Below the pieces are notes generated by a model. It was not told the origin of the DNA, did no database searches, and saw only the letters and a list, made by a program, of their open reading frames with translations. A stretch of DNA of 20,921 nucleotides from Candidatus Thorarchaeota archaeon (GTDB lineage Archaea > Asgardarchaeota > Thorarchaeia > Thorarchaeales > Thorarchaeaceae), in contig PRDJ01000055.1 in NCBI GenBank assembly GCA_003345555.1, positions 1 through 20,921 on the forward strand, in the 5' to 3' direction. The position numbers and the translations under genes were made by a program. Below are positions 1-8,713 of the stretch, piece after piece (within the stretch, counting starts at the first letter, position 1; every line of letters starts with the position of its first letter).

Positions 1-1
1 G

Positions 2-352
2 AAGGATGCGATTGACCAGCTGAGAGACGAGGGCTACAAAGTTGGTAATGCACGCCTCAGGATGTTTCGCCCATTCCCGGTAGCCAGAGCTCGAGAGCTC
101 GCAAAGAAAGCAAAGGCGTTTGCCTGTTTCGACAGAGGATTGTCGTACGGGTTTGGTGGTCCAGCCGTAAGCGACCTACGTTCTTCGCTATATGCCACCA
201 AGTACCGTCCCATGATCAAGAGTTACGTCGGGGGCTTCGGAGGTCGCGACGTTACAATCACTGATATCAAGGAGGTTATCCTTGATACATTCAAGTCGCT
301 GGAGTCTGGAAACCTGGGTCCTGAGGAGACCTGGCATGATTTGATGGAGTGA
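2..352 (+). CDS. porA: 2-oxoacid (pyruvate/ketoisovalerate-type):ferredoxin oxidoreductase alpha subunit, C-terminal part (5' truncated by window)
   Basis: Frame open from base 2: KDAIDQLRDEGYKVGNARLRMFRPFP...FDRGLSYGFGGP, the typical PorA C-terminal domain. Its stop overlaps the beta subunit start (GTGA at 349-352). Confidence 0.9.
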   Translation, partial: KDAIDQLRDEGYKVGNARLRMFRPFPVARARELAKKAKAFACFDRGLSYGFGGPAVSDLRSSLYATKYRPMIKSYVGGFGGRDVTITDIKEVILDTFKSLESGNLGPEETWHDLME

Positions 353-1263
353 GGAAAATGGTCACTGCGAAGGAAATGCCGCAACGGGAGTACGTTTTGA
401 AGGGGAATGCTTCGTGTGCAGGATGCCAAGACATGGTAGGACTGAGACACGCTCTCAAGGCCCTTGAGGGGGATGTCATACAGGTTGTGCCTGCCTGTTG
501 TACCAGCGTCGTACAGTCACTGTGGCCCAAGGAGTGTTTGGACGTCCCGGTGCTGAACACCGCATTCATGGCCGCTGCAGCAACCGCCTCGGGCGTGAAG
601 GCAGCTCTCAAAGTTAAGGGGCGCGACTCTACTCAGGTGCTGGTGTGGGCTGGAGACGGCGGAACGTTCGATATCGGTATTCAGGCATTGAGCGGAGCAT
701 TCGAGCGCAGGACAGACATGCTCTATGTCTGTTACAACAACCAAGTCTATAGCAACACAGGTACACAGCGCTCTGGAGCTACACCACTGTATGCTCAGAC
801 TAGCACAACTTGGTACGGCAAGACCGAACCCGAGAAACTTCTCGACTTGATAATTGCAGCACACGAACCTGTCTACCAAGCTACTGCTAACACCGCATAT
901 CCTCGTGACCTCTATGATAAGTTCAGAAAGGCCCGTGACATACGAGGACCCAAGTTCATCCACATCTTCGTGCCTTGCCCACAAGCATGGAACTACCCCG
1001 TGGAGAAAGGTGTCGAGATAGGGAAGCTCGCAGTGGAGACTGGTTACTGGATACTCTGGGAGAGGGTAGGCGACAAGTTTGAACTCAGTCCAATCAGCAA
1101 GAGATACCAAGATCCCGCAAAGAGAAAGCCAATCGAGGAATTCCTCGAAATGCAGGGCAGATTCTCAAGGCTGTTCAAGCCTACTCGGAATGAGAAGCGG
1201 CTGGAGGAGTTCAGGGCCTTTGTGCAGCACAGATGGGACGTGACACTGAAGACTTTCACCTAA
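349..1263 (+). CDS. porB: 2-oxoacid:ferredoxin oxidoreductase beta subunit (TPP-binding)
   Basis: CAGC, ACCTS and CP cysteine motifs; TPP motif GDGGTFDIG...YNNQVYSNTGTQRS. Start is GTG 349 or ATG 358. Substrate specificity cannot be determined. Confidence 0.92.
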   Translation: MRKMVTAKEMPQREYVLKGNASCAGCQDMVGLRHALKALEGDVIQVVPACCTSVVQSLWPKECLDVPVLNTAFMAAAATASGVKAALKVKGRDSTQVLVWAGDGGTFDIGIQALSGAFERRTDMLYVCYNNQVYSNTGTQRSGATPLYAQTSTTWYGKTEPEKLLDLIIAAHEPVYQATANTAYPRDLYDKFRKARDIRGPKFIHIFVPCPQAWNYPVEKGVEIGKLAVETGYWILWERVGDKFELSPISKRYQDPAKRKPIEEFLEMQGRFSRLFKPTRNEKRLEEFRAFVQHRWDVTLKTFT

Positions 1264-1386
1264 TCCCTAAGCGGCTTGGAGTTGGTCTGCTCCTGATAGC
1301 CCACATATTATGGGGCGTGCTCAAGAACCTGGTGCATGTATCCTATCAGAAGGTTTATCTAGGGGAACTTCACGATTGTTAAGACT

Positions 1387-2169
1387 ATGGCATCTAATAT
1401 AAGTCCAAGATTCTTGCAGATTGCCAATGCGTTATCCATATTGGCTGCGCTTGCCGTCAATCTGCTGGCGAACGTAATTCCTCTGAATGGCGTTACCACC
1501 GGTGCAGTGGCGGACAGCTATCCAAACCTTTTCACTCCGCCAGGCTACGTGTTCGCGATTTGGGGTGTAATCTACATACTTCTAGGAGTATTCATGGTCT
1601 ATCAAGTCAGAGCTAATCAGCGTGATGCTCCTTACTTGAAGCAGATTGGCCTTTGGTACGTCTTGGCATCGCTTGCCAACATTACCTGGCTATTCCTCTT
1701 TCATTACTCCTACGGAATGCCGGCCCTTCTTGTGCTATCAATGGTCCCCATAGTCGTTCTGCTGTTTTCGCTCCTAATCATATACTTGCGTCTGGGCATT
1801 GGAAAGACGGCTGTTGCAATGAAAGAGCGACTTGCAGTTCATCTTCCTGTGAGCGTTTACCTTGGTTGGATTTCGCTTGCGACTATCGCAAACACCGCCT
1901 CAGTGCTCAACGTACTGATTCCTGGAATACCGCTAGATGTGCAAGCCCTCTGGACGGCTGTGGTCATAGTGGTGGCTCTAGTGATCACCATTCTCATGAT
2001 CATACGCAGAAATGAGATTGCATTTCCTCTAGTGGTCATATGGGCGTCTGTCGGCATAGCTGTTAAGCAGATGGCAACACAGACAATCTATGCAACTGCT
2101 TTGTCCGCTGCTATAATCATCGCTGTTGTCACAGTTCTGTTCGCTGTCTTTCGCAGGCGCAAGAAGTAG
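1387..2169 (+). CDS. TspO/MBR-related tryptophan-rich sensory membrane protein (~8 TM)
   Basis: Motif N..PLNGVTTGAVADSYPNLFTPPGYVFAIWGVIY, hydrophobic helices with Trp residues, basic C-terminal tail RRRKK. Confidence 0.75.
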   Translation: MASNISPRFLQIANALSILAALAVNLLANVIPLNGVTTGAVADSYPNLFTPPGYVFAIWGVIYILLGVFMVYQVRANQRDAPYLKQIGLWYVLASLANITWLFLFHYSYGMPALLVLSMVPIVVLLFSLLIIYLRLGIGKTAVAMKERLAVHLPVSVYLGWISLATIANTASVLNVLIPGIPLDVQALWTAVVIVVALVITILMIIRRNEIAFPLVVIWASVGIAVKQMATQTIYATALSAAIIIAVVTVLFAVFRRRKK

Positions 2170-2320
2170 AGGATATTCTACGGCTTTGCTCTACGACTGA
2201 TATTCTTTAGGCAGATGAGTCGGGCACCGACCATGGGGGCGGCAGAAAGGCCCGACAATCTGCCAATCAAAGCAAAAGCCCAAAGTTAAGAAGACAAGGC
2301 ACATCTTCGAGGGCTCACCG

Positions 2321-3619
2321 ATGCTCGCCAAAGACCTAGCAACAGCAGTCGAAATCAAGGATCCTGTCCACGGATACGTAGGCATGACCCAGATTGAGAA
2401 GGCCATACTTGACCTCAAGATGACCCAGAGACTTAGACGCATTTCGTACCCTGCGTGCACGCAGCTTGTGTATCCGGGTGCCGAAATGACTGCCATGAGC
2501 CGCATGCCGGGTAAGATGTATGTCACTCAGGTGCTCTTTGAGAACCTAGGCGCTGACACTAACGATATCCAAGTAGCTCGATTGGCCTCGATGTTGTTGA
2601 CATTAGCTCACGGACCGTGGTCGAATGTCATGGAAGAATACCTTGCAGTGAGAGGTACTGACCGCAGGAGACTGGCGCGTCTTATTCTTGAGGAATCCGA
2701 GATATCAGAGATCGTCAAAGGAAGCAGCTATTCCATCGAGGAATTGAAGACATCGATTGAGAGAGGTTTTCAGATTCGCGGTTATCGGGTAGACCTTCTG
2801 ACGATACCCATCAACCCACATCTTGTTGACAGTTTGATGAGAGATGCTTACTTTGCCGGGGTGAAGTATGCTCCTGTAGAGTTTCCTAGGTTGTTCACAA
2901 ATTCACGAATCCTACGAGATCACCTGGCTGTCGAACGAGGCTCGCTATTCACCTTGGAGTCTTACCTGTCTGCTGGGGCCAACATGTTCGAGGCTCTCTA
3001 CTATCACAAGGCCGTGAGAGCTGCGGAACTGATGCTGCTCCGCATACTCGATGAGGCCGGATCCCAAATCATAAAGTCGCCAGCAGATGACATTGGTTCC
3101 TTTCTTGAGTGCGACGACCTCTCGCTGTACAACACACTACTGACAGCTGTACCCGACGCATCAGAGGAGATGTCGACTGCCTGTCGTCTGTTTCAAGATT
3201 ACACCAGGAGATACCTCATCAAGATGGCAAGCACTAGGGCAATCTCGGATCCCGAGTTCCTAGGAAAAGTGGCTACAGTCGACGGTCAGTTTGAGATTGA
3301 GAGAGAGATCGCTAGCGAGGCCGGGATAGATCCAATGTACGTGTACATCGACTTCCCGGATCGTGTATCTGTCAACTACTACCCTGGTAAGTATCCTTTG
3401 GACAATCTCATGTTATTCGAGAGAGGATCAAGCGGGTATGAGCTGTGGCCAGTTCTAGAGATGAGTTCTGTGGCGCGAAGCTTGTCTCGACAAATGAAGA
3501 CAATCCGAATCTATACAACCCGCGGCTACCGTTCAAAGGTCAAGAAGTCCGGGGATAAAGTGCTTGAGAGTGTTGACACCAAGGGCGTCAAGCTCAAGGA
3601 TGAGAAGAAACGACAGTAG
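2321..3619 (+). CDS. HD-superfamily dNTP triphosphohydrolase-like protein (COG1078/SAMHD1-like), predicted catalytically inactive
   Basis: Family scaffold present (IKDPVHG, QRLRRI, LVYPGA, HGPWS, LMRDAYFAG, LYYHKAVRAAE), but the HTRFEH, HD and DxD catalytic positions are substituted. Confidence 0.85.
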   Translation: MLAKDLATAVEIKDPVHGYVGMTQIEKAILDLKMTQRLRRISYPACTQLVYPGAEMTAMSRMPGKMYVTQVLFENLGADTNDIQVARLASMLLTLAHGPWSNVMEEYLAVRGTDRRRLARLILEESEISEIVKGSSYSIEELKTSIERGFQIRGYRVDLLTIPINPHLVDSLMRDAYFAGVKYAPVEFPRLFTNSRILRDHLAVERGSLFTLESYLSAGANMFEALYYHKAVRAAELMLLRILDEAGSQIIKSPADDIGSFLECDDLSLYNTLLTAVPDASEEMSTACRLFQDYTRRYLIKMASTRAISDPEFLGKVATVDGQFEIEREIASEAGIDPMYVYIDFPDRVSVNYYPGKYPLDNLMLFERGSSGYELWPVLEMSSVARSLSRQMKTIRIYTTRGYRSKVKKSGDKVLESVDTKGVKLKDEKKRQ

Positions 3620-3773
3620 CTATGCACTTGCAGGTCGAGCGTGCAATACGGTCGTCCGCTTGGATTTGCAGGGAATGGCTGGATTGGATGGCCAGTTCCC
3701 CCACAACAACCATATTAATGCAGTCTTCCACTCTACTATTGCCGAACCTTGAACCGCGCCCGAGGTCGATTAT

Positions 3774-6050
3774 ATGTTCTCGTGCAGAAGATGTAATGAG
3801 CCCCTCTACGTCCGCAGCGCAGACCTTCATGACATGATACTGACAATGGACGTACAGTGTCTTAGCGGTCACAGAGGTGTCAGAAGGGTAGCTGAGCACG
3901 AAGCAAAGGAAATGACGAATGACCTGTTCAAGAAGATGTACGTCTGCCTTGAGTGCGGTCTCAACATGAGTCTCATAGATTCGCAGACTGCAGGCATCAA
4001 GGTATATAGCACATTTCTCTGCCCGATTCACGGTCCGCAGAAGAGAGAGTATCCCCTAGCTTTTGCACCTGCAGTCGTCTTGGCGGGTGGAGACGTTGAT
4101 AGTCCCAAGTCGATTATAGACTCATTCAGGTGTCCTCAATGTGGACAGACGTATGCTGTGAGCGAAATCTCCGAGAGACGTGGTATTCTTGAACTATTCA
4201 TACGATGTCCAAACGGCCACAGATCTACAAGGTATGTTCCTCGCTCAACTGAGGCCCCGCTATTGAAGAGCATACTCCAGCGAATCGCCTACTGTGATAT
4301 CTGCGGCCTTCCAGGGGCGGTGTCGCGTATTGAAGAGCGACGTGATGAAGCAAGAGTGATTACCTCGTGTCCCGAGCACGGCCTGTTGAAGAAGGATGTG
4401 CCAACAAGCATTCTGCCTATTCTCAAGGAAGCCGTCGAGGAGATTCCGCCAGATGCGATTGTGAGGGCAATGCTGATCTCTCGCTCCACCGGTAGGCTAC
4501 TTGCCATACGCTCAGTCGAGGAGTTCCAAACCGGTTACAGATTCCGTTGCAGTAGTCCTAGTAACAGTCATTGCATAGACCGCGTTATCCCGATTGTCTG
4601 GAATGATAGCGTCAAGGACCGGATTGCCACGGCTCTTCTTTCCTGCACCGACTGCGGCCTTCTTACTCATATTCTTGATGCCAGAGAAACGCGTCGGGGT
4701 ATCGACTTCGATGTAGTTTGTCCCATTCACGGAGTTCAGGAGCGATCGGTCCCTGTAGAGGTTTTCAAGTACGTCAAGGAGAGAGAACCAGGCATAGATC
4801 GTGAGCCCTCAATAGTTCGAAGTCTTACTTGCCAAAGGTGCAACATGCCCCTTGTGTTGCGTGACGTCGAGAATCGAAGAGGTCTCTCCGAGTTTGACCT
4901 GGATTGCCGAAACGGACATCGGACCAAGCGATTCTTTGTACCCAACCTTGACCAAAAGACACTCGTGAAGATGTATGTTCATTTGTATCAGTGTCCTGAG
5001 TGCTACGAGCCTCTGGGTCTCGTATACGCAAAGGAGTCTGGACGGGAGTCCCGAGTAGTTCTCTTGTGTCCCCTTCACGGAAAGATTGTTCTGGATGTTC
5101 CACATGATCATGCTGAGGCGATGCGCGCCGCCTATACAGAGATTCAAGCAGAGCGAGCGAGGCCCCCTGTCGAAGCTCCGGAGCCAGAACCTGAGGCCCA
5201 CACTGAGACTCTTGTTCAACCTATGGAAGAGAGGATCGAGGAAGTGAAGGTAGCGCGCGGATGTGATATCATTGGCGGCAAGTTTGATTACAAAGTCAAG
5301 GTGAAGAACGACACGGGTTACGTTGTGACAAACGTCACTGTGAGCATAGTTGCATTCCCTCAGGATTGTATGGAAATGGCAGGTGAGACAGTCAAATCCA
5401 TCCCGCGAGTAGAAGTTGGAGGCTTTCGCAGCCCCCAGTTCACTCTGTTTCCTACAAAAGACTGCGTGCAGGGCAAAGTTGTTGCCACTGTCTCATACAT
5501 AGACTTCCGCGATCAGCTGCACACGTTACAAGTTGAGCCGTACATAATCCGGTCTGTTTGTGATTTGCTCAAGCCCTCCGACAAGACATCGAAAGAGTTC
5601 GACTTGCTGCTGACCAATCTAACAAAGACCAATCAGGAACAGATCATGGAGTGGAACGCACGCGTGCTTTTCACCAAAGCTGAGAAGCTTCTGCCTGCAA
5701 AGAACTTCCACATAGTTGACAGGGACGAGAAAGTGGTCAACGCAGAGTTCATCGGCACGATCAGGGGCTACGCCGAGGGTAAGTACACGGGCAAGAAGGT
5801 TGCCGTCGTGTTTCTGATTAGCGGCCCCGAGACCGGCCGACATGCTCAGGTAAAGGTTGATGCACTCGGCGAAGATATCGCGATGCTACCCATCACCATT
5901 GATGAGCTGGCTGAGAGCATGGATTCATGGATCTGTCTGAGATGTGGTGCGCCCTTTGATGCGGAGCAGGTGCAGGCGCTAGAAGAAAGAAAAGCTGTGA
6001 ATTGCAGATACTGCTCTCACACTCTCACGATAGGGCTCTATCTGCAGTAG
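3774..6050 (+). CDS. Multi-zinc-ribbon repeat protein with C-terminal Ig-like + platform (adaptin/coatomer appendage-like) module and terminal C4 zinc ribbon
   Basis: 758 aa. Eight CxxC-x21-C-x(2-3)-H units (one degenerate) over aa 4-460, a Pro/Glu linker, a beta-rich domain at aa ~490-596, an alpha/beta domain at ~597-718, and CLRC-x19-CRYC. The coding call is confident; the domain names are inferred. Confidence 0.7.
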   Translation: MFSCRRCNEPLYVRSADLHDMILTMDVQCLSGHRGVRRVAEHEAKEMTNDLFKKMYVCLECGLNMSLIDSQTAGIKVYSTFLCPIHGPQKREYPLAFAPAVVLAGGDVDSPKSIIDSFRCPQCGQTYAVSEISERRGILELFIRCPNGHRSTRYVPRSTEAPLLKSILQRIAYCDICGLPGAVSRIEERRDEARVITSCPEHGLLKKDVPTSILPILKEAVEEIPPDAIVRAMLISRSTGRLLAIRSVEEFQTGYRFRCSSPSNSHCIDRVIPIVWNDSVKDRIATALLSCTDCGLLTHILDARETRRGIDFDVVCPIHGVQERSVPVEVFKYVKEREPGIDREPSIVRSLTCQRCNMPLVLRDVENRRGLSEFDLDCRNGHRTKRFFVPNLDQKTLVKMYVHLYQCPECYEPLGLVYAKESGRESRVVLLCPLHGKIVLDVPHDHAEAMRAAYTEIQAERARPPVEAPEPEPEAHTETLVQPMEERIEEVKVARGCDIIGGKFDYKVKVKNDTGYVVTNVTVSIVAFPQDCMEMAGETVKSIPRVEVGGFRSPQFTLFPTKDCVQGKVVATVSYIDFRDQLHTLQVEPYIIRSVCDLLKPSDKTSKEFDLLLTNLTKTNQEQIMEWNARVLFTKAEKLLPAKNFHIVDRDEKVVNAEFIGTIRGYAEGKYTGKKVAVVFLISGPETGRHAQVKVDALGEDIAMLPITIDELAESMDSWICLRCGAPFDAEQVQALEERKAVNCRYCSHTLTIGLYLQ
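3783..5153 (+). repeat. Protein-level tandem repeat: 4 x (A-type CxxC..Cx[N/S]GH + B-type CxxC..CPxHG), super-period 116-117 aa
   Basis: First Cys of each unit at aa 4, 58, 120, 174, (236), 291, 353, 407, giving spacings of 54/62/54/62/55/62/54. Confidence 0.9.
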
Positions 6051-6102
6051 GCTCCAGCAATGTTATGTGGAGTGAGCTTCTGTAACGTTCTGCAAAGGAG
6101 CA

Positions 6103-6696
6103 CTATTCGTTCTCCACACCGTTCGGGCCTTTCCATTCGATCGTTGGCTTGGCAATAACGTGCATATGAACCAAGATGCGATCAACGATGGAGTCAACGA
6201 GTTCCTCGACGGTATCGGGTTTGTGCCAGAATGCAGGGCTCGCAGGCAGGACAATGGCGCCAGCCTCTGTCACGAGCTCCATATTGCGAATATGGATGAG
6301 GTTCAAAGGTGTCTCCCTTGGCACGAGCACGAGAGTCTTCCTTTCTTTGAGGCAACAATCGGCTGCCCTTGTTATCAGATTGTCCGCGTACCCGTGTGCT
6401 ATGCCTGCCAATGTCTTCATTGAGCACGGCACGACGGCCATTGAGTCTAGATGGAAGCTACCACTGGCCGGACCCGCTGATAAGTCGTGCTCGTCATAGA
6501 CTGTGTCGACCTCCGCACCTAGTTGCTCGACAGTTACGTCGGTCTCGTGCAGAAGTGTGTCTGCGCCCCACTTGCTTACAACCAGATGCACTTCATGACC
6601 AAGACGCTTCAATGCCCTCACCAGTCTGAGTCCGTATATCGATCCACTTGCTCCTGTTAGGCAAACAAGCACTCGCTTCTTACTCAACTGTTGCAC
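6103..6696 (-). CDS. ubiX: Flavin prenyltransferase UbiX
   Basis: Motifs LTGASGSIYG, AGPASGSF, VPCSMKTLAGIAHGYADNLITRAAD, LVLVPRETPL, LPASPAFW. Start is GTG 6696 or TTG 6687. Confidence 0.95.
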   Translation of the reverse strand: MQQLSKKRVLVCLTGASGSIYGLRLVRALKRLGHEVHLVVSKWGADTLLHETDVTVEQLGAEVDTVYDEHDLSAGPASGSFHLDSMAVVPCSMKTLAGIAHGYADNLITRAADCCLKERKTLVLVPRETPLNLIHIRNMELVTEAGAIVLPASPAFWHKPDTVEELVDSIVDRILVHMHVIAKPTIEWKGPNGVENE

Positions 6697-6777
6697 CTGC
6701 CGAGATGGGTATTCTGTTCACGATGGTACATTAATACTTCGGGTTGGGCATATGTGTATGGTGCCCTTGCTTCCTCG

Positions 6778-8637
6778 CTAAACTAAGAAAGTGAGAAGTA
6801 CTGACAGGAGAATCGTGAGCCCCGCGGATGCGACGCCGACGCGCTTGGCGAGACGGCTTGCCTCAGCAACGTCCTCGGTCAGAGTATCGTATCCCTTCAC
6901 TCCGTAGGTCATGAGTCCCTTCACCTCTCCGAAGTTGAAACCGGCTTTGACGACTGTGATTCTCTCTCTAGCCTTGACGGCGGCCTCATCTATGTTACCA
7001 AGAATCTCCTCTGGCTTCAGCCTACCAACAGGAGGATAGCCTTTGCTCGATAGGGATACCGCATTCACAATGTGGGTATCTGTTGTCACAATCTCTGCTT
7101 GGTCAAACCCGAGGGACTTGAGAGATGCTATTGCTTTTTCTCTGAATCCCGATTCCATGTTGTTTCCGTCGACCGACAACAAAGCCGTTTCATGAGACGC
7201 CGTCTTGATAACAAGAGCCACAATCCCACCCGGCCCCATACCATCTTTGACTCCTACATCATCCGGAATGATGCGATAGGCCCCGACATTGATACGTTCC
7301 CAGGGCCTGTCCATTGTAGATGAGACCGCTTTCGACATGGAGTCTATGAACTCTGTGGCCTGAGGATCTCCAGGCATTACCGAGATTGCTTCATCGCTTA
7401 TGCAATTGTGGGCATCGACAACTGCGACATCAGCAATCTTCGGAACTCGATTCCGCACTGCCTTAGCTGCTTCCCGGCCGACTTCTATGAAGATGTCATC
7501 TGTAAACTCGGGAGCACTTGTTGTAATCGTTAGAACACTGTCTCCAAGGAACATCGTCCAGACCTTGAATCTCCCCATGGCTGACCAGTGCGGTCCGGAT
7601 ACCGAGTCGACAGTGGAAGCAGTGTCAATCAGTTCATCTATCTTTGCTAGAACTTTCGCGAATTGCTCCTTATTGGCAAGGTTTTGGTGATGGGTACAAC
7701 TACCATGCATTACGAACGCCGGGACCGCGTACTTCGATTCAATATGGTCTATGATCGTTGATGTCAGAAAGCTGCTTCCGACATTCCTGAATGGGCCGGG
7801 GTGCACATAAAGTACGACACCCACAACGACAAGACCCCGGTTTTCTTTGAAGACCATGATTTCCACAGGAATGTTCTGTTGCGTCGCGATGGTACTGATG
7901 GCTCTGTCGAAAGGTTCCGCATTGTCTGATAGGTATGAATGGGCGAACGCACGAAGCAGTTGGGGGCCGTCAATGCCAAGGTCTCTCTCAAAAGGCCTGC
8001 TTACAGCACGAAAGATGATCAGAACAGCGATGGAGTAGATCACTATCGAAGATGCGAAAGAAAGGTACCAAAACGTTGGCATCTGAAACGCCAGCTGTTC
8101 TGTGTAGCCTAGTGCGGCGGCCATAACGAACCAGAGCAGTGGCGGGATTGCTGCGGCGGTCAGATTGCGTGATGTTCGGCGGTCACTTAGCGCTTTGAGA
8201 ACGAATGCGGAGACCAGATACATCACACCAGCGCCCAGCATCCAAAACCTCGTTTCAAGCGAGTCGAGTCCTGTCAAGAAGCCAAGCAAGCCTCCTACCG
8301 TGCCAAGTGCCAGCCAAAAGAGAACTCCGAACTCAACCATGCCAAACACTCTTCTGCGGTCAAGAGGGGCGCCCTTTCTTCTTGTTGCAAGATAGATTAG
8401 CTCTGGCCCCACGAAAAACGGGAATGCCAAGAGCAAGACGTAACGTAGAAAGACGCAAGACAGGCACAGGCCGGGCGTAACACTGGATCTGAGAAAAGCT
8501 AAGAGGAGTGAGGAAAGGAGAATAGAGAGAACCATGACAATGACCATGCTTCTGTAGCGCGGCAGCCTCCACATGCGGCTGTAGAGCTTCTGCGTCTCCT
8601 TTACCTTAGCCTTCTCACCCAAGTCAAGTCCCACCAA
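6778..8637 (-). CDS. DUF2070-family archaeal membrane protein
   Basis: Multi-TM N-terminus; soluble domain with HPGP, HGSCTHHQN, DAHN, DGNN and TTDTH motifs; C-terminal TM helix. TTG start (8637 or 8622). Confidence 0.75.
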   Translation of the reverse strand: MVGLDLGEKAKVKETQKLYSRMWRLPRYRSMVIVMVLSILLSSLLLAFLRSSVTPGLCLSCVFLRYVLLLAFPFFVGPELIYLATRRKGAPLDRRRVFGMVEFGVLFWLALGTVGGLLGFLTGLDSLETRFWMLGAGVMYLVSAFVLKALSDRRTSRNLTAAAIPPLLWFVMAAALGYTEQLAFQMPTFWYLSFASSIVIYSIAVLIIFRAVSRPFERDLGIDGPQLLRAFAHSYLSDNAEPFDRAISTIATQQNIPVEIMVFKENRGLVVVGVVLYVHPGPFRNVGSSFLTSTIIDHIESKYAVPAFVMHGSCTHHQNLANKEQFAKVLAKIDELIDTASTVDSVSGPHWSAMGRFKVWTMFLGDSVLTITTSAPEFTDDIFIEVGREAAKAVRNRVPKIADVAVVDAHNCISDEAISVMPGDPQATEFIDSMSKAVSSTMDRPWERINVGAYRIIPDDVGVKDGMGPGGIVALVIKTASHETALLSVDGNNMESGFREKAIASLKSLGFDQAEIVTTDTHIVNAVSLSSKGYPPVGRLKPEEILGNIDEAAVKARERITVVKAGFNFGEVKGLMTYGVKGYDTLTEDVAEASRLAKRVGVASAGLTILLSVLLTFLV

Positions 8638-8713
8638 TCTTTCCAGTCGTGCCGCGTTACCTGTCTTATGAACTTGCCCTTAGTGGGTATTTCTTGCTTC
8701 CTCAAAGCGAATG

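Noticed and set aside
2215-2320. ATG 2215 24-codon ORF and a 34-codon start-less in-frame extension (…KQKPKVKKTRHIFEGSP) upstream of the HD gene
   Set aside because: HD-family proteins normally start just before the DPVHG motif, so ATG 2321 suffices. Unlike the kleisin case, no missing conserved domain demands a frameshift.
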